A stretch of 64,000 nucleotides of DNA from an uncultured Gemmatimonadaceae bacterium (GTDB lineage: Bacteria > Gemmatimonadota > Gemmatimonadetes > Gemmatimonadales > Gemmatimonadaceae), in assembly GCA_963781585.1 (NCBI GenBank), contig CAWAGQ010000006.1, positions 256,001 to 320,000 of the forward strand. The letters are read 5' to 3'. Shown in pieces: positions 38,336 to 48,096 of this stretch. The notes under the pieces are model-generated. The model did no database searches and had not been told where the DNA came from. It saw nothing but the letters and a program-made list of their open reading frames with translations. Made by a program: the position numbers and the translations under genes. The first letter of the stretch is position 1, and each line of letters begins with the position of its first letter.

Positions 38336-39729
38336 GCGCCGGCCACGCGGTGCGACGAGCTCTCGGCTCCGCGCCCGTCGTGTTGCTCTGCGCGCTTCGC
38401 TGCGCCGGCGTCCCGCGCGTCCGGTGCGTCCCCTGCGTCCCCTGCGTTCCCTGCGTCCCCTGTGTCCCCTGCGTCCGGTGCACCGCGCGTTCCGCTCGCT
38501 CCGGCACGAGCCGAGCTGACGATCTCGAGATACCGGGCGATGTGCGCATCGGCGGTCCAGCGCGTTTGCCAGGCCTCGAAGCCTGCGCGTCCCAGCGCCG
38601 TGCGCCTCGCCGGATCGCGCAGCAGCTCGGCGAGGTGGCGGCGAAGCTCCGCCTCGTCGTCGTACAGGAGACCTCCGCCACTCTCACGGATGATGTCGGG
38701 CGGCGAGCCGAGGTTGCGGCAGATCACCGGCGTGCCCGACCGGAACGCCTCGAGGATGACGAGCGGGAAGACCTCGAACCAGAGCGACGGGAGAATGAGC
38801 GCGACGGCGTTCCGGTACCACTCGACAAGATCCGCGTGCGCCACCTGTCCGAGAAAGCGGATATGCTGTGAATCACCGGCCTGTCGCCGGAGCTCGCTTT
38901 CATCGGCACCCGTTCCCGCGATGACGAGCGTTCCCAGCTCACCGGAAAGGAACAGCGGCAGGATGGTCTGCACGCCCTTGATCTTCTCGAGGCGCCCGGC
39001 GTAGAGGAAGTACGGAGCGTCACCACGTCGTCCGGGCGGCGCGGCGGTGGCGGGCGAGGACGCGCGATCCACGGCCGGCGCGAAGTTCGGCAGGTAGCGT
39101 ACGGGACGCTCGAAGCCGGTCCGCGCGAACCGCTGCTCCATGAACCGGCTCGGTGCCAGGAAGACGTCGACGTGGCGGGTGGCGCGCCGGAGCATCGGCG
39201 TGTAGCGCCAGAGTTGCGGCGGGCGTCCGTGGATCAACGTGCACGCGAAGCAACGCCGCGTGGTGCAGGGAGCGCGCTTGAACCGATAGAGCAGATGGGT
39301 AGGACACTCCAGCCAGTACTCGTGCATCGTGTACAGCTTGCACGCGTCGCCCAGGGCCAGGACCCCCGGACCACCCACCAGCGACACGTTGTGAAAGTGG
39401 ATCACGTCGAATCCGCGCTGGAGGATGCGCCGGATCGCCCGCCCCGTGAAAACCGGGAACCCCGTCTGCTGGGTGGTGAGCGACGCGATCGGCCCCAGCC
39501 GGCTGTGCAGGCCATGCACTGTCACCCCCGGGTGCTGCGGCAGTGGCTCGGTGCCGGGGCCGTCGACGAACAGGTGATAGGAATCGACGGAGTGAATGAC
39601 GTCGACTTCGTGACCGCGGCGCGCCAGCTCATTCGACAGGTGATGCACGAAGATCCCGTCCCCCCCGAAGTGATAGGGTGGATAGAACGTCGTGATCATG
39701 CAGAATCGGAGCGGCCGATCCGCATTCAT
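38332..39729 (-). CDS. Glycosyltransferase family 4 with low-complexity tail
   Basis: TTFYPPYHFGG, TMHEYWLECP, YAGRLEKIKG, PSLWFEVFPLVILEAF. Confidence 0.92.
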   Translation of the reverse strand: MNADRPLRFCMITTFYPPYHFGGDGIFVHHLSNELARRGHEVDVIHSVDSYHLFVDGPGTEPLPQHPGVTVHGLHSRLGPIASLTTQQTGFPVFTGRAIRRILQRGFDVIHFHNVSLVGGPGVLALGDACKLYTMHEYWLECPTHLLYRFKRAPCTTRRCFACTLIHGRPPQLWRYTPMLRRATRHVDVFLAPSRFMEQRFARTGFERPVRYLPNFAPAVDRASSPATAAPPGRRGDAPYFLYAGRLEKIKGVQTILPLFLSGELGTLVIAGTGADESELRRQAGDSQHIRFLGQVAHADLVEWYRNAVALILPSLWFEVFPLVILEAFRSGTPVICRNLGSPPDIIRESGGGLLYDDEAELRRHLAELLRDPARRTALGRAGFEAWQTRWTADAHIARYLEIVSSARAGASGTRGAPDAGDTGDAGNAGDAGDAPDARDAGAAKRAEQHDGRGAESSSHRVAGA

Positions 39730-39763
39730 CGGGAGCGCGCTCACGGGGGACCGCCCCACGGGT

Positions 39764-40846
39764 TCATCCGACGGCGTACCGGATCACCCGGTCGTAAATG
39801 GCGGCGCGACAATCCCACGTATGGTGACCAAGGATGTACCCGACCGCGGCGTTGCGATCCCAGTCGGTTCGCGCGGCGGCCGCGGCGCGTTCGGCCATGA
39901 ACTCCATGTTACCGTTAGGCACCACCTCGCCCAGCCCCGATTCCGTCACCACCTGGTCGTTCGGGAACCCTGCCTCGCTGATGACGGGAAGGCCGGCCCG
40001 CAGATAGTGGTAGATCTTGGTGCTCTCGTTGTTGTGCATGAACGGTCCGGCGGCTACCACGATGCCCACGTTCGCGAAGTGCAGGTAGTTCCAGGATGCT
40101 TCATAGGACGAGTGCCCCAGGTGGGTTATCAGCGTTCGATCGAGGGCGCGCGTGTTTCCCGTACCAAGGAAATAGAGCCTGATGCCCCGCGCGGCGAGGT
40201 GACGGCCGAGGGCGTTCAGCTTCCCGGCCAGGACACGATTGGCCTCCGGCTGATCCCGCATTCCATAGATATTGCCGGCGAACAGCACGCGAGGCCGCCC
40301 ATCGGCCGGGAAGGGATCCGCGCCGGGCGCGGGAATCTCCGCATCCACAGCGCCCGGCACGAGCAGGAGATTGTCGGGCCGGCCGTGACACGATCGCCAC
40401 AGCTCCGCCGCCTGGGGGCTCAGGACCGTGACGTAGCGCGCCGCGGCCGCGATCGCGCCCTGCGTGTCGTAGAGTCGCTCTCGCACCCGGCCGTAAAAGT
40501 AGATGCCGGGCATGTCTTCCGGACCCACGACCGATCCCAGCTTCGCGATGAGGAAGGGGTGATCGGCGCCTCCGCGCTCGGCGAGCGTGGTGAATCCGTC
40601 GTGGAAGAGCGTCTTCACCACATCGTAGTCGCGCCAGCGGATCCCGCGCAGCGGAACCCGTCGCACCCCGTTCCGCAGGATCACGCGATCGCGTGACGGC
40701 CACCACGAGATGGCATCGGTCGCGAAATGCACTTCGTGACCGAGCCGTGCCAGCGCCTCGGAGACCTTCACCCACCGGATGACCGACATCTCGACCGCGC
40801 GCAGTGGCCGTCGCGACGGCGAGAACACGGTGACGATTCTGGCCAT
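39764..40846 (-). CDS. Glycosyltransferase (GT-B)
   Basis: EALARLGHEV, VPGAVD, STKIYHYLRAGLPVI, HTWDCRAAIY. Confidence 0.82.
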   Translation of the reverse strand: MARIVTVFSPSRRPLRAVEMSVIRWVKVSEALARLGHEVHFATDAISWWPSRDRVILRNGVRRVPLRGIRWRDYDVVKTLFHDGFTTLAERGGADHPFLIAKLGSVVGPEDMPGIYFYGRVRERLYDTQGAIAAAARYVTVLSPQAAELWRSCHGRPDNLLLVPGAVDAEIPAPGADPFPADGRPRVLFAGNIYGMRDQPEANRVLAGKLNALGRHLAARGIRLYFLGTGNTRALDRTLITHLGHSSYEASWNYLHFANVGIVVAAGPFMHNNESTKIYHYLRAGLPVISEAGFPNDQVVTESGLGEVVPNGNMEFMAERAAAAARTDWDRNAAVGYILGHHTWDCRAAIYDRVIRYAVG

Positions 40847-40852
40847 CGCGCC

Positions 40853-42316
40853 TCACGCGGCCGTGGTGAGGAACACGCGCGAGGCGACTTCATCCAGCGT
40901 GGCGAGCCGGCCGAGCTGCTGAAGACGATCGAGCAACGCCGGATACTGGGGCAGCCAGAAGTCGGCGTAGCAGTCGTGCAGCGACAGCGCGGTGAAGTTC
41001 CGCCGCGATGCGGCACGAAGAACGTTGGCCTCCCAGTCGGGCCACGAGAGATCACCGCGGTAGAGGGGATGGTCGTCCGTGAGAATCGGAATGTGCACCG
41101 TCCGATGCCGATGGGCCGGCGCCTCCAGTCGCAGCGAGTGGGTCGAGCTCGCGAGCCACTCGAAGTTGTGCCAGCACAGGTTGCTATCGCGCAGTTCGCG
41201 GGTGATGCGGGACTGGGGCGGTCGATAGCCGCGGATGCGGTAGTCGATCTCCCGGCATCCCGTGAGCTGGTCTATTGGAGCGGCCGGCGCCACCCGTGTG
41301 GTTGACGACGGCGGCGCGGTGCCCGGGCTGGTCCGGCCGGCAATCCGGCGGCGGAGGCGGCGTGCCCACTGCGACACCGGCCACCAGCGGTCAATCGTGT
41401 GATCATACGAGTGAAATCCCAGGCAATGGCCGTCGGCCTCGATGCGTTCCCGCACCTGCGGGAGTAGGCATCCAACGACGTTGTACGTGGCCCGAACACC
41501 GGCGCTTCGCTCGTGCTCCAGCATCGCATCGAGTGACGCATCCGCGGTGCGGTCGGCGCGCGCTGCCAGTTCGGGATCGATCCCGCGATGGCCCATGCCG
41601 CGCTCTATGTCGTGGCAGAGGCAGATGGTGCGCGCCATGGAGAGATCGTCGCTGCCGCTCTCAGGCCTGATGATTCTGCCGGTGTTCCGTTCCGCATCGA
41701 GGATCCACCATGAGCCCTGGCGGGTCGCCTCGAACCAGCGGGTGACACTGGTATCATAGATGCGCTGGTAGATCTCCGGCTGCACGATTCTGGTGGGATC
41801 GGTGTGCCGCACCACCAGCTCCGATGTTGGCGAGCGGAGTTCGGTGCAGCCTTGGGTGCGCGCGAAATCGAGCACGGCATTCAGCGCCCACAGCGTCCAC
41901 CCCTTGAACCGGCTGTCGATCTGCGAGCGGTAGTCCTGGCGGCGCGAACTGCGCTGCACCAGGTCGGACACGTACGTCAACGCCCACGCCGTCCGGTGGC
42001 GCACGACGAGGCTCACGCTGGCGACCAGCCCCGGGATCCCGAGGTGTCGCTGATGCCAGTTCAGATCGCTGTCGAAGAACAGCTCCGCCGGGAATTCGTC
42101 GAGCACCGGCGGAAGGGCGTGAATCGCAATCTCCCAGAGCAGATCGGGGTCGCGACGGTGGCACATGCGCCACGCCATCTGCAGGCCGTCAGGGCCACAG
42201 CGTCGCAGATGGCGGATCCGGTGCGGAAAGAAATGTCGCTCTGCGCGGCCGAGTGCGACGTGGTCCGCCAGGCGCTGCTGGCCGATGTCGCGATACGGGG
42301 ACGCTTGCGAAGCCAT
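40853..42316 (-). CDS. Polysaccharide deacetylase (CE4/NodB-like) fused to an unknown N-terminal domain
   Basis: LCHDIE, VRATYNVVG, GHCLGFHSYDH, GYRPP, LSLHD. Confidence 0.8.
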   Translation of the reverse strand: MASQASPYRDIGQQRLADHVALGRAERHFFPHRIRHLRRCGPDGLQMAWRMCHRRDPDLLWEIAIHALPPVLDEFPAELFFDSDLNWHQRHLGIPGLVASVSLVVRHRTAWALTYVSDLVQRSSRRQDYRSQIDSRFKGWTLWALNAVLDFARTQGCTELRSPTSELVVRHTDPTRIVQPEIYQRIYDTSVTRWFEATRQGSWWILDAERNTGRIIRPESGSDDLSMARTICLCHDIERGMGHRGIDPELAARADRTADASLDAMLEHERSAGVRATYNVVGCLLPQVRERIEADGHCLGFHSYDHTIDRWWPVSQWARRLRRRIAGRTSPGTAPPSSTTRVAPAAPIDQLTGCREIDYRIRGYRPPQSRITRELRDSNLCWHNFEWLASSTHSLRLEAPAHRHRTVHIPILTDDHPLYRGDLSWPDWEANVLRAASRRNFTALSLHDCYADFWLPQYPALLDRLQQLGRLATLDEVASRVFLTTAA

Positions 42317-42501
42317 TGCGCTCAATGTAGCGGGAGGGGGTGACGTGGGTCACCGGCGTGGCGGTGAGCGACGACTCAGCGGCGATGCGCGCCGACGATC
42401 TGATATCGCGACTGCGGCGCTCAGGCCGGCCGCCGACCGTCTCGCGCCTGCGCCCCCGACCGTATCGTGGCCGGGCCGCCCACCATCTCTCCGGTGCCGC
42501 C

Positions 42502-45063
42502 TCAGAACCCCTGGCCGAGTGAGACCACGAAGCCCCAGCGTGCATGGTGATCGATGGGGCGGGCAAGCGCGATACCTAACGCACCACCGAAGAACCGGAG
42601 CCCCGCGTCGATGCTGGTGCGGAATCCGTCGCTTGGCCAGGAGACCGGCGTCCCGATGCCCGGCGGCAACGGGGCCACGCCGATCCGGTCTTCGGTGGAG
42701 CCGAGCAGGGCGATCGCGCGCCGCGCAGCGTCGCTGGCCACGGTCGCACCACTCTGGAGGCCTAACGCGACAGACGGGCCGATGGGCGGCAGCCACGGCC
42801 GGCCGAAGATGCGCATTGGCGATTGCCAGACCGGAAGCCGATACATCACGAGCCCGCGCGCCACCGCGGCGCGGTCGCCGGCGAACTCCTTGTAGCCGTA
42901 GCCGGGGAGCCCCTGGCCGCGCCCCAGCTCGAACAGCTGTTGCGGGGGCGGTGTCGTGCCGAACAGCGCGCCCGCGTCGAGCCGGGTGGCGTACGTGAAC
43001 CGGCCCGCGTTCTGGCGCGCGCTCACGCGCACCTCGGCGCGCTGCCACGCGAGTCCCCCGGCCGCGGCCTCGTAGCGGAGCAGGAGGCCCACGCCGGGTC
43101 GGACGAACTCCGCGCTCACGTCCGGATTCAGCGCCAGCTCGATGGCCGCCCGCGCGTAGCGTCCGGCGGACACCCCGCGGTTGGGTCGAAAGGTCGAGTC
43201 GGCGCTGATCCACCCGCGCCGGAGCCGCGCCGGGGCGCCGCGATCGCTTCCCACTCCCATTTCCAGGCGCAGCCAGCCGTCGCGCGAACCGTCGAGGATG
43301 CGGGTGAGCGACAGGGTGGCCGCGTGGCGATCGACATAGTCGTAGTCGTCGACGGAGGCGATCGCGCCAAGCGCCGTTCCGCCGCTGTCGAACGACGTGC
43401 CGAACTCGTTGGTGATGGTGAGCGACCGCTCCAGTCGCAGACCGGGAACCCACGCTCCGCGCCGCCACTCGGCGTCGACGTGTCCGCGCACCGTGTGCTC
43501 GGCCCACGCGAGTCCCGCCTGACCGCGCACCACCACGCCCGGCATCCGGTCGCGCAGCCGCAGCTCGGCGGCCACGCCGGTGGTCAGGCCTTCTATTCTA
43601 TTGAAGTGCACGAAGTCCGCGACTCGCTGGCCGCGGAGCTCGAGGACCGGGGCGCCGGTGGGGCGCCAGACGTCGGGGGCCAGGTCGAGGAAGTCGTCGG
43701 CGTGGAGGTCGGCGGTCGCGTCGCCGAGTGCGAGCCACCAGTCGCCGGCGTGGGCGAGACTGTCAGTGGGGGCGAAGGTGAGGTCGTGTGAACGGACGGC
43801 GATCGTGTCGGCGTCGGTGGACGCGGAGGGGGACTCGTCAGGCGCGGGCGCGCCGCCGTCGGGCGTGCGCAGCGGAGGGAGTGGGGAACGCGCGTCGATC
43901 GCCACGTCGCCCGCCTCCGCAAAGACATTGTTGGCGCGCTGGTCGCGGAAGCGGGAGACGATGCGGAATGCCGAGCGTGCGTCGCCGAAGGTGCGCATGG
44001 CGACCTGCGCCTCGATGCGCTGGTACCTGGGGAGCCAGTACTTGCCGGCGACTTCGACGTTCTCGAGCTCGACGAAGGCGACCGCGTCCATCGGCAGAGC
44101 GGCGACGCGGAGGCGTTCGCGGTGTCCGCGCGCGAGGGTGAGGAAGGCGCCGCGCATGCGGACGATCGCGCCGCGTGTGGCGTCGACGTCCACCTCGCCG
44201 CGGAAGACCACCAGGCGCAGCGTGCGCAAGTCGGCGCGGGGCTCGACGTGGATCCGCGCGATTGGGATGGAGCGCCCTGCGATCCGGAGGACGGCGACCG
44301 TGTCACCGCCGGTGAAGCGATAGACGCTGTCGCGGTCGGCGGCGAACGGGTGGACCGCGAGCGTGCCCTGCGGCTTCGTCGCCTCGTGCGGGTCGGCGTG
44401 CGCGGCGCGACCGTCGCGTGGGGCGGTGCGTGAGGAGTCGAGTCCGAAGAAGAGCGCGATGCGATTGCCGTAGAGGACCGGGATGGTCCACGCCCTGGTA
44501 AGGATGGCGAGGGCGGAGATCGTGGGGCCCGCGTGCTGGGCGCGGTAGGCCGTCATGTGTTGCTCGTACTCGCCGTCGCGGAGCCAGCGCACGTCGTTGC
44601 GTGACTGTTCGAGTGAGAGTGTGCCCTCGGAGCCGTCGGCCTTGCGAACGACCACCGCGATCTCGCTTTCGACGCGGGCGGCGTAGGAGTGGAGTGACGG
44701 CGGTGGGACGCGGTTCTGCCGGGCGACGCGTTCAATCAGTGCGCGGAGGGCAGGGGTGGCGTAGACCGAGTCGGGCGATGTGGTATCGGGGCGCGCGGTG
44801 GTGACAGGGCGCACGTTGGTGTCAGGCTGCGCGGTGGTGCCAGGGTGCGCGGTGGTGCCGGGGTGCGCGGTGGTCGCAGAGCGCGCCGTGGTGTCAGCGT
44901 GCGCGGTGCTGTCGGGACGCGTGAAGGCGACAGAGCGCGCGGAGGTCGCAGGGTGCGTGGTGCTGGCGCCGAGTGGCGCGCCGGCGGGCGCGGTCCGGGG
45001 AATGGAGACCGGGGCGGCCAGCGGTGCGGCGAGGAGTTGCGCGGCGAGGAGGACGGCGACCAT
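42502..45063 (-). CDS. Large outer-membrane beta-barrel protein with Thr/Pro-rich N-terminal repeats
   Basis: Signal peptide, 6-aa TTA(H/R/Q)P(G/D) repeats, YWLPRYQRIE, FNRIEGL, LPGYGYKEFAGDRA, C-terminal LGQGF. Confidence 0.75.
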   Translation of the reverse strand: MVAVLLAAQLLAAPLAAPVSIPRTAPAGAPLGASTTHPATSARSVAFTRPDSTAHADTTARSATTAHPGTTAHPGTTAQPDTNVRPVTTARPDTTSPDSVYATPALRALIERVARQNRVPPPSLHSYAARVESEIAVVVRKADGSEGTLSLEQSRNDVRWLRDGEYEQHMTAYRAQHAGPTISALAILTRAWTIPVLYGNRIALFFGLDSSRTAPRDGRAAHADPHEATKPQGTLAVHPFAADRDSVYRFTGGDTVAVLRIAGRSIPIARIHVEPRADLRTLRLVVFRGEVDVDATRGAIVRMRGAFLTLARGHRERLRVAALPMDAVAFVELENVEVAGKYWLPRYQRIEAQVAMRTFGDARSAFRIVSRFRDQRANNVFAEAGDVAIDARSPLPPLRTPDGGAPAPDESPSASTDADTIAVRSHDLTFAPTDSLAHAGDWWLALGDATADLHADDFLDLAPDVWRPTGAPVLELRGQRVADFVHFNRIEGLTTGVAAELRLRDRMPGVVVRGQAGLAWAEHTVRGHVDAEWRRGAWVPGLRLERSLTITNEFGTSFDSGGTALGAIASVDDYDYVDRHAATLSLTRILDGSRDGWLRLEMGVGSDRGAPARLRRGWISADSTFRPNRGVSAGRYARAAIELALNPDVSAEFVRPGVGLLLRYEAAAGGLAWQRAEVRVSARQNAGRFTYATRLDAGALFGTTPPPQQLFELGRGQGLPGYGYKEFAGDRAAVARGLVMYRLPVWQSPMRIFGRPWLPPIGPSVALGLQSGATVASDAARRAIALLGSTEDRIGVAPLPPGIGTPVSWPSDGFRTSIDAGLRFFGGALGIALARPIDHHARWGFVVSLGQGF

Positions 45064-45473
45064 CGGGGGGAGGACGATCGGCGAAGGTGGGTGGTTTTAC
45101 AAGGCCGATTGTCGTGTTACGGGCGCGATTTGGGGTACGCGCGGGGTGTGGGTTGGGGTGGGTGGAGGGGGTGGCGTGGGTCACCTGGGCGAACCGGGGC
45201 TCGCCACACTGCAGAACGGAGGAGCGCTTTGCGAATGCAGTCGAAACGGGGACCGCTGTGCTACCAGCGCGCGAAAACCTCAACCTGCGGCGGAAATGCG
45301 CCGGAAGGCGCAGATGCCACTCCCGCGCCTCGAACGGAGCAGCAGGTCACTCCCTGGATGGTCTGTTCGGGCATGCATCAAGCGACGTCGGTCGCCGTCT
45401 TCGTAGACACCTCGTCGGCACGACGCGACGTGCGTTTCCCGAGCTTGAAGAAGGGCGAGGAGACACGGCGACT

Positions 45474-46826
45474 CTACACCACTGCCAACTGTGGCACCAC
45501 CACAAACCGTTCTGGCAGCGGCATCTCCTTGAGTACGTGGCTCTGGAGGCGCACGAAGCCATTGGCAGCACGCTGGCAGTGCGCCATAAGCCACTCCATG
45601 GCGGCGTCGGAGTTCAGGTAGGCGCACAGATCGTGAATACGCGATTCGTCCTTCGGCACGAGATAGTAGACCGAATGCCGAGGGACGATGTCCCCACTCT
45701 CATCGACCACGAACCAGGGACGGGAGCCGATGTCCTTGCAGAGTATCTTGGGCCGCAGGATCTCGTCGAGCGGCGGATTTTCGTGAAACGCATACCAGGG
45801 CTTTCGCTGCACACACGTTCGCTGCAGCAGCCGGGCGCGTCGTTCGGGCTGACGGAGGTAGTCTCCGAGCGGACCAAGCGCCCCTTCCGGGAGGAGCGCA
45901 CCGCTGCGGGCGTACGGGATGAGCATCGATTGCGTTGTCCTGATCTCACTCCCAGCCGTCATTCGACGCCCTGAGATCGTGCGAAATGCAAATGGGCGAA
46001 GCGAGCCCGGCAGGTTGACCGCATCGATCACATAGACGCTGTCAGCGCCAGTCGCGACCCCGCAGCTGATCCTCAGGAACGCGTCGCTGAGCGTAGGTCC
46101 CCCATTGGCTGCGCCGCTGCCGTTCAACAGCGGCAGCCACGATGCGCCCGAACTCGTGAGGCGTGCGGTCCGGGTCGTGCCGTCACGAAGCGTGATCCGG
46201 GTTTGTCCCGTCGGCGCGTCACCTACAACCGTGGTAATCGTTGGGTACGTGACCAGATCGCCGAAGGCCGCTTCCTCGACAAGCTCGATCTCTTCAACGG
46301 CAAGCTGCGCCAGCGCGCGGCGGAGGGGCGCGGCAGTCTGCACGTAGAGAAACTTCTCCGGCGTGATGAGGACGAGACGCCCTCGCGGCTTGAGCAGCTT
46401 GAGCGCCTGCTCGAAGAACAGCAGATAGAGATCGAACCTGCCACGCGCCGTGCGATATCGCCGCCGGTACTTCGCGCGCTCGTCCACCGTCAGCCCGGTA
46501 ATGGGGACGTACGGCGGGTTGCCGACAACGTAATCGTAGCGCTCCGTGCGGGACGTCAGGAATTCCTGCTTCAACAGTGTGACCTGTGGATGCCTGCCCA
46601 GATGTCGTCTCGCTTTCTCCAGGAGCGAAGGATCGGAGTCGACGCCCACAATTTGCGGCACTGGGGATCCCTGCGAATCGCACCAGCGCACGACGCCCTC
46701 TATGAACGCGCCGGTGCCGCAACCGGGGTCCAGCAGACTCTCGTCCGCGCGCGGGCGGCGCGTGCGGAAGAGCCGCGCGACCATTGCATCCACCAGATGC
46801 GGCGGCGTTGGTACGAATCCTTTCAC
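45474..46826 (-). CDS. Type II N6-adenine DNA methyltransferase (gamma class, TaqI/Eco57I/PaeR7I-like)
   Basis: FVPTP, LLDPGCGTGAF (motif I), VGNPPY (motif IV), DLYLLFFEQALKLL, TaqI_C-like 'PKILCKDI...AYLNS'; GTG start at 46826. Confidence 0.93.
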   Translation of the reverse strand: MKGFVPTPPHLVDAMVARLFRTRRPRADESLLDPGCGTGAFIEGVVRWCDSQGSPVPQIVGVDSDPSLLEKARRHLGRHPQVTLLKQEFLTSRTERYDYVVGNPPYVPITGLTVDERAKYRRRYRTARGRFDLYLLFFEQALKLLKPRGRLVLITPEKFLYVQTAAPLRRALAQLAVEEIELVEEAAFGDLVTYPTITTVVGDAPTGQTRITLRDGTTRTARLTSSGASWLPLLNGSGAANGGPTLSDAFLRISCGVATGADSVYVIDAVNLPGSLRPFAFRTISGRRMTAGSEIRTTQSMLIPYARSGALLPEGALGPLGDYLRQPERRARLLQRTCVQRKPWYAFHENPPLDEILRPKILCKDIGSRPWFVVDESGDIVPRHSVYYLVPKDESRIHDLCAYLNSDAAMEWLMAHCQRAANGFVRLQSHVLKEMPLPERFVVVPQLAVV

Positions 46827-46935
46827 CGTCTTAGCCCAAACCGAGGGGTTTGAATTGCGGAGTCGAAAACTAGTGCGGGATCGCTGAGAAAGCGTTACCA
46901 AAACAACGCACGGACGTGCGCCATCTGCGCCCGTA

Positions 46936-47853
46936 TCAAGAGTCGCGGGACGCTTCGTCGTCCACAGGCATTCTGTCGACAGCACTGGCCGGCCTTGGCG
47001 TCGGTGGCCCGACGGGTTTCGCGTCACGGATGGAGATGAGATCCCGGCACGCCCGGAACAGGACGCGGTCTATCTGGATATGCGCCGGAACCTCTTCGGC
47101 GCGGTACTGCGTGCGCTGTTCGCTCGAAATGGGGCCGAAGCAGAATACGCCCACGGCATCGCTTACGAGCCCGGCGACGTTCGCGAACTGGATCACCCGG
47201 CTCAGATCGTGCTGGCCGATGACCCGGGCGGCGAAGAAGACGTACGAACGTGGCTTCACCGAACGGAGCCAGGTGGTAAGGTCCCCGGACATGACGCTCG
47301 GACTCTCACCCTGCGCCGCCAGGATTCGTGCATATTCGGCTTTCAGGTCGATCGCCTTGAAGCCGATCTCCTTCACCCGCTTGTCGAGGTCCGCGGATGC
47401 CGCGCGTCCTATCTCCTTCTGCTTGGGACTTCCCGGGTGCTTCGGCGTGCCAACAGCCTTGGCCTCGAGAATGAACTCGATTGCGCCCGTACTTGGAAAG
47501 GTCACGTCGAGGTTGTGCTTCGGAAAGATCAGGCCCGGGACGCCGCCCCGGCTGTAGAGCTGGACCTGTGCGCAGTTCTCCAGGATGAGTGCGAGGAGGT
47601 CGTTGAAGAAATCGCCCTTGCCGTTCTGCAGGTCGCCCATGTCGGCGACGCCACTCGCTACGTTCTGGTCGAACCTCTCCATCGCGCGAAGAAACACGTC
47701 CTCAATCGCTGCCCAACGCTTGGGCCCTTGAGCCACAGCGGATCGGTAGGTTTCCCTGAGCGGAACGCATCCCGGGCTGGTCGCAACGACGCGACTGGTG
47801 GTGCGCGCTCGAGCCGACGGTGCTGCTCTCTTGGCGGATTTCTTGCGCGGCAT
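46936..47853 (-). CDS. Putative type II restriction endonuclease (PD-(D/E)XK)
   Basis: Co-oriented with and directly upstream of the MTase; 'PGLIFPKHNLDV...ILEAK...DLDKRVKE...AIDLK' has a D...ExK core; start ATG at 47853. Confidence 0.65.
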   Translation of the reverse strand: MPRKKSAKRAAPSARARTTSRVVATSPGCVPLRETYRSAVAQGPKRWAAIEDVFLRAMERFDQNVASGVADMGDLQNGKGDFFNDLLALILENCAQVQLYSRGGVPGLIFPKHNLDVTFPSTGAIEFILEAKAVGTPKHPGSPKQKEIGRAASADLDKRVKEIGFKAIDLKAEYARILAAQGESPSVMSGDLTTWLRSVKPRSYVFFAARVIGQHDLSRVIQFANVAGLVSDAVGVFCFGPISSEQRTQYRAEEVPAHIQIDRVLFRACRDLISIRDAKPVGPPTPRPASAVDRMPVDDEASRDS

Positions 47854-48096
47854 AGCGGTGACTATCGTACAAGGCGGGAGCCATCCACCATCACAGGAAG
47901 GCAGGAGTTGCACGGACAAGATAGCCACATCGCTGAGCGGAATCGTCGGCGGTTCACGTCGCCCCTGGGCGTTGGAGCAGCTGAAGACGAGACCGGCACG
48001 AGGGCTGCCTATCAGGGTACTGGTGCTGGTCCGCGGGAAGGAGGGACGCGGCCGCCATTTCTCGCCGCTGCACTTGTTTTCCGTGAGGGTAGCCGC

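Noticed and set aside
45100..45470. tRNA or att site at the left edge of the R-M tract
   Set aside because: No cloverleaf, T-loop/CCA or matching direct repeat found by eye.
47080..48096. Apparent 340-aa N-terminal extension of the MutS-like ORF (780 aa)
   Set aside because: It is the antisense of the putative endonuclease plus intergenic DNA; family-like sequence begins at GTG 48097.
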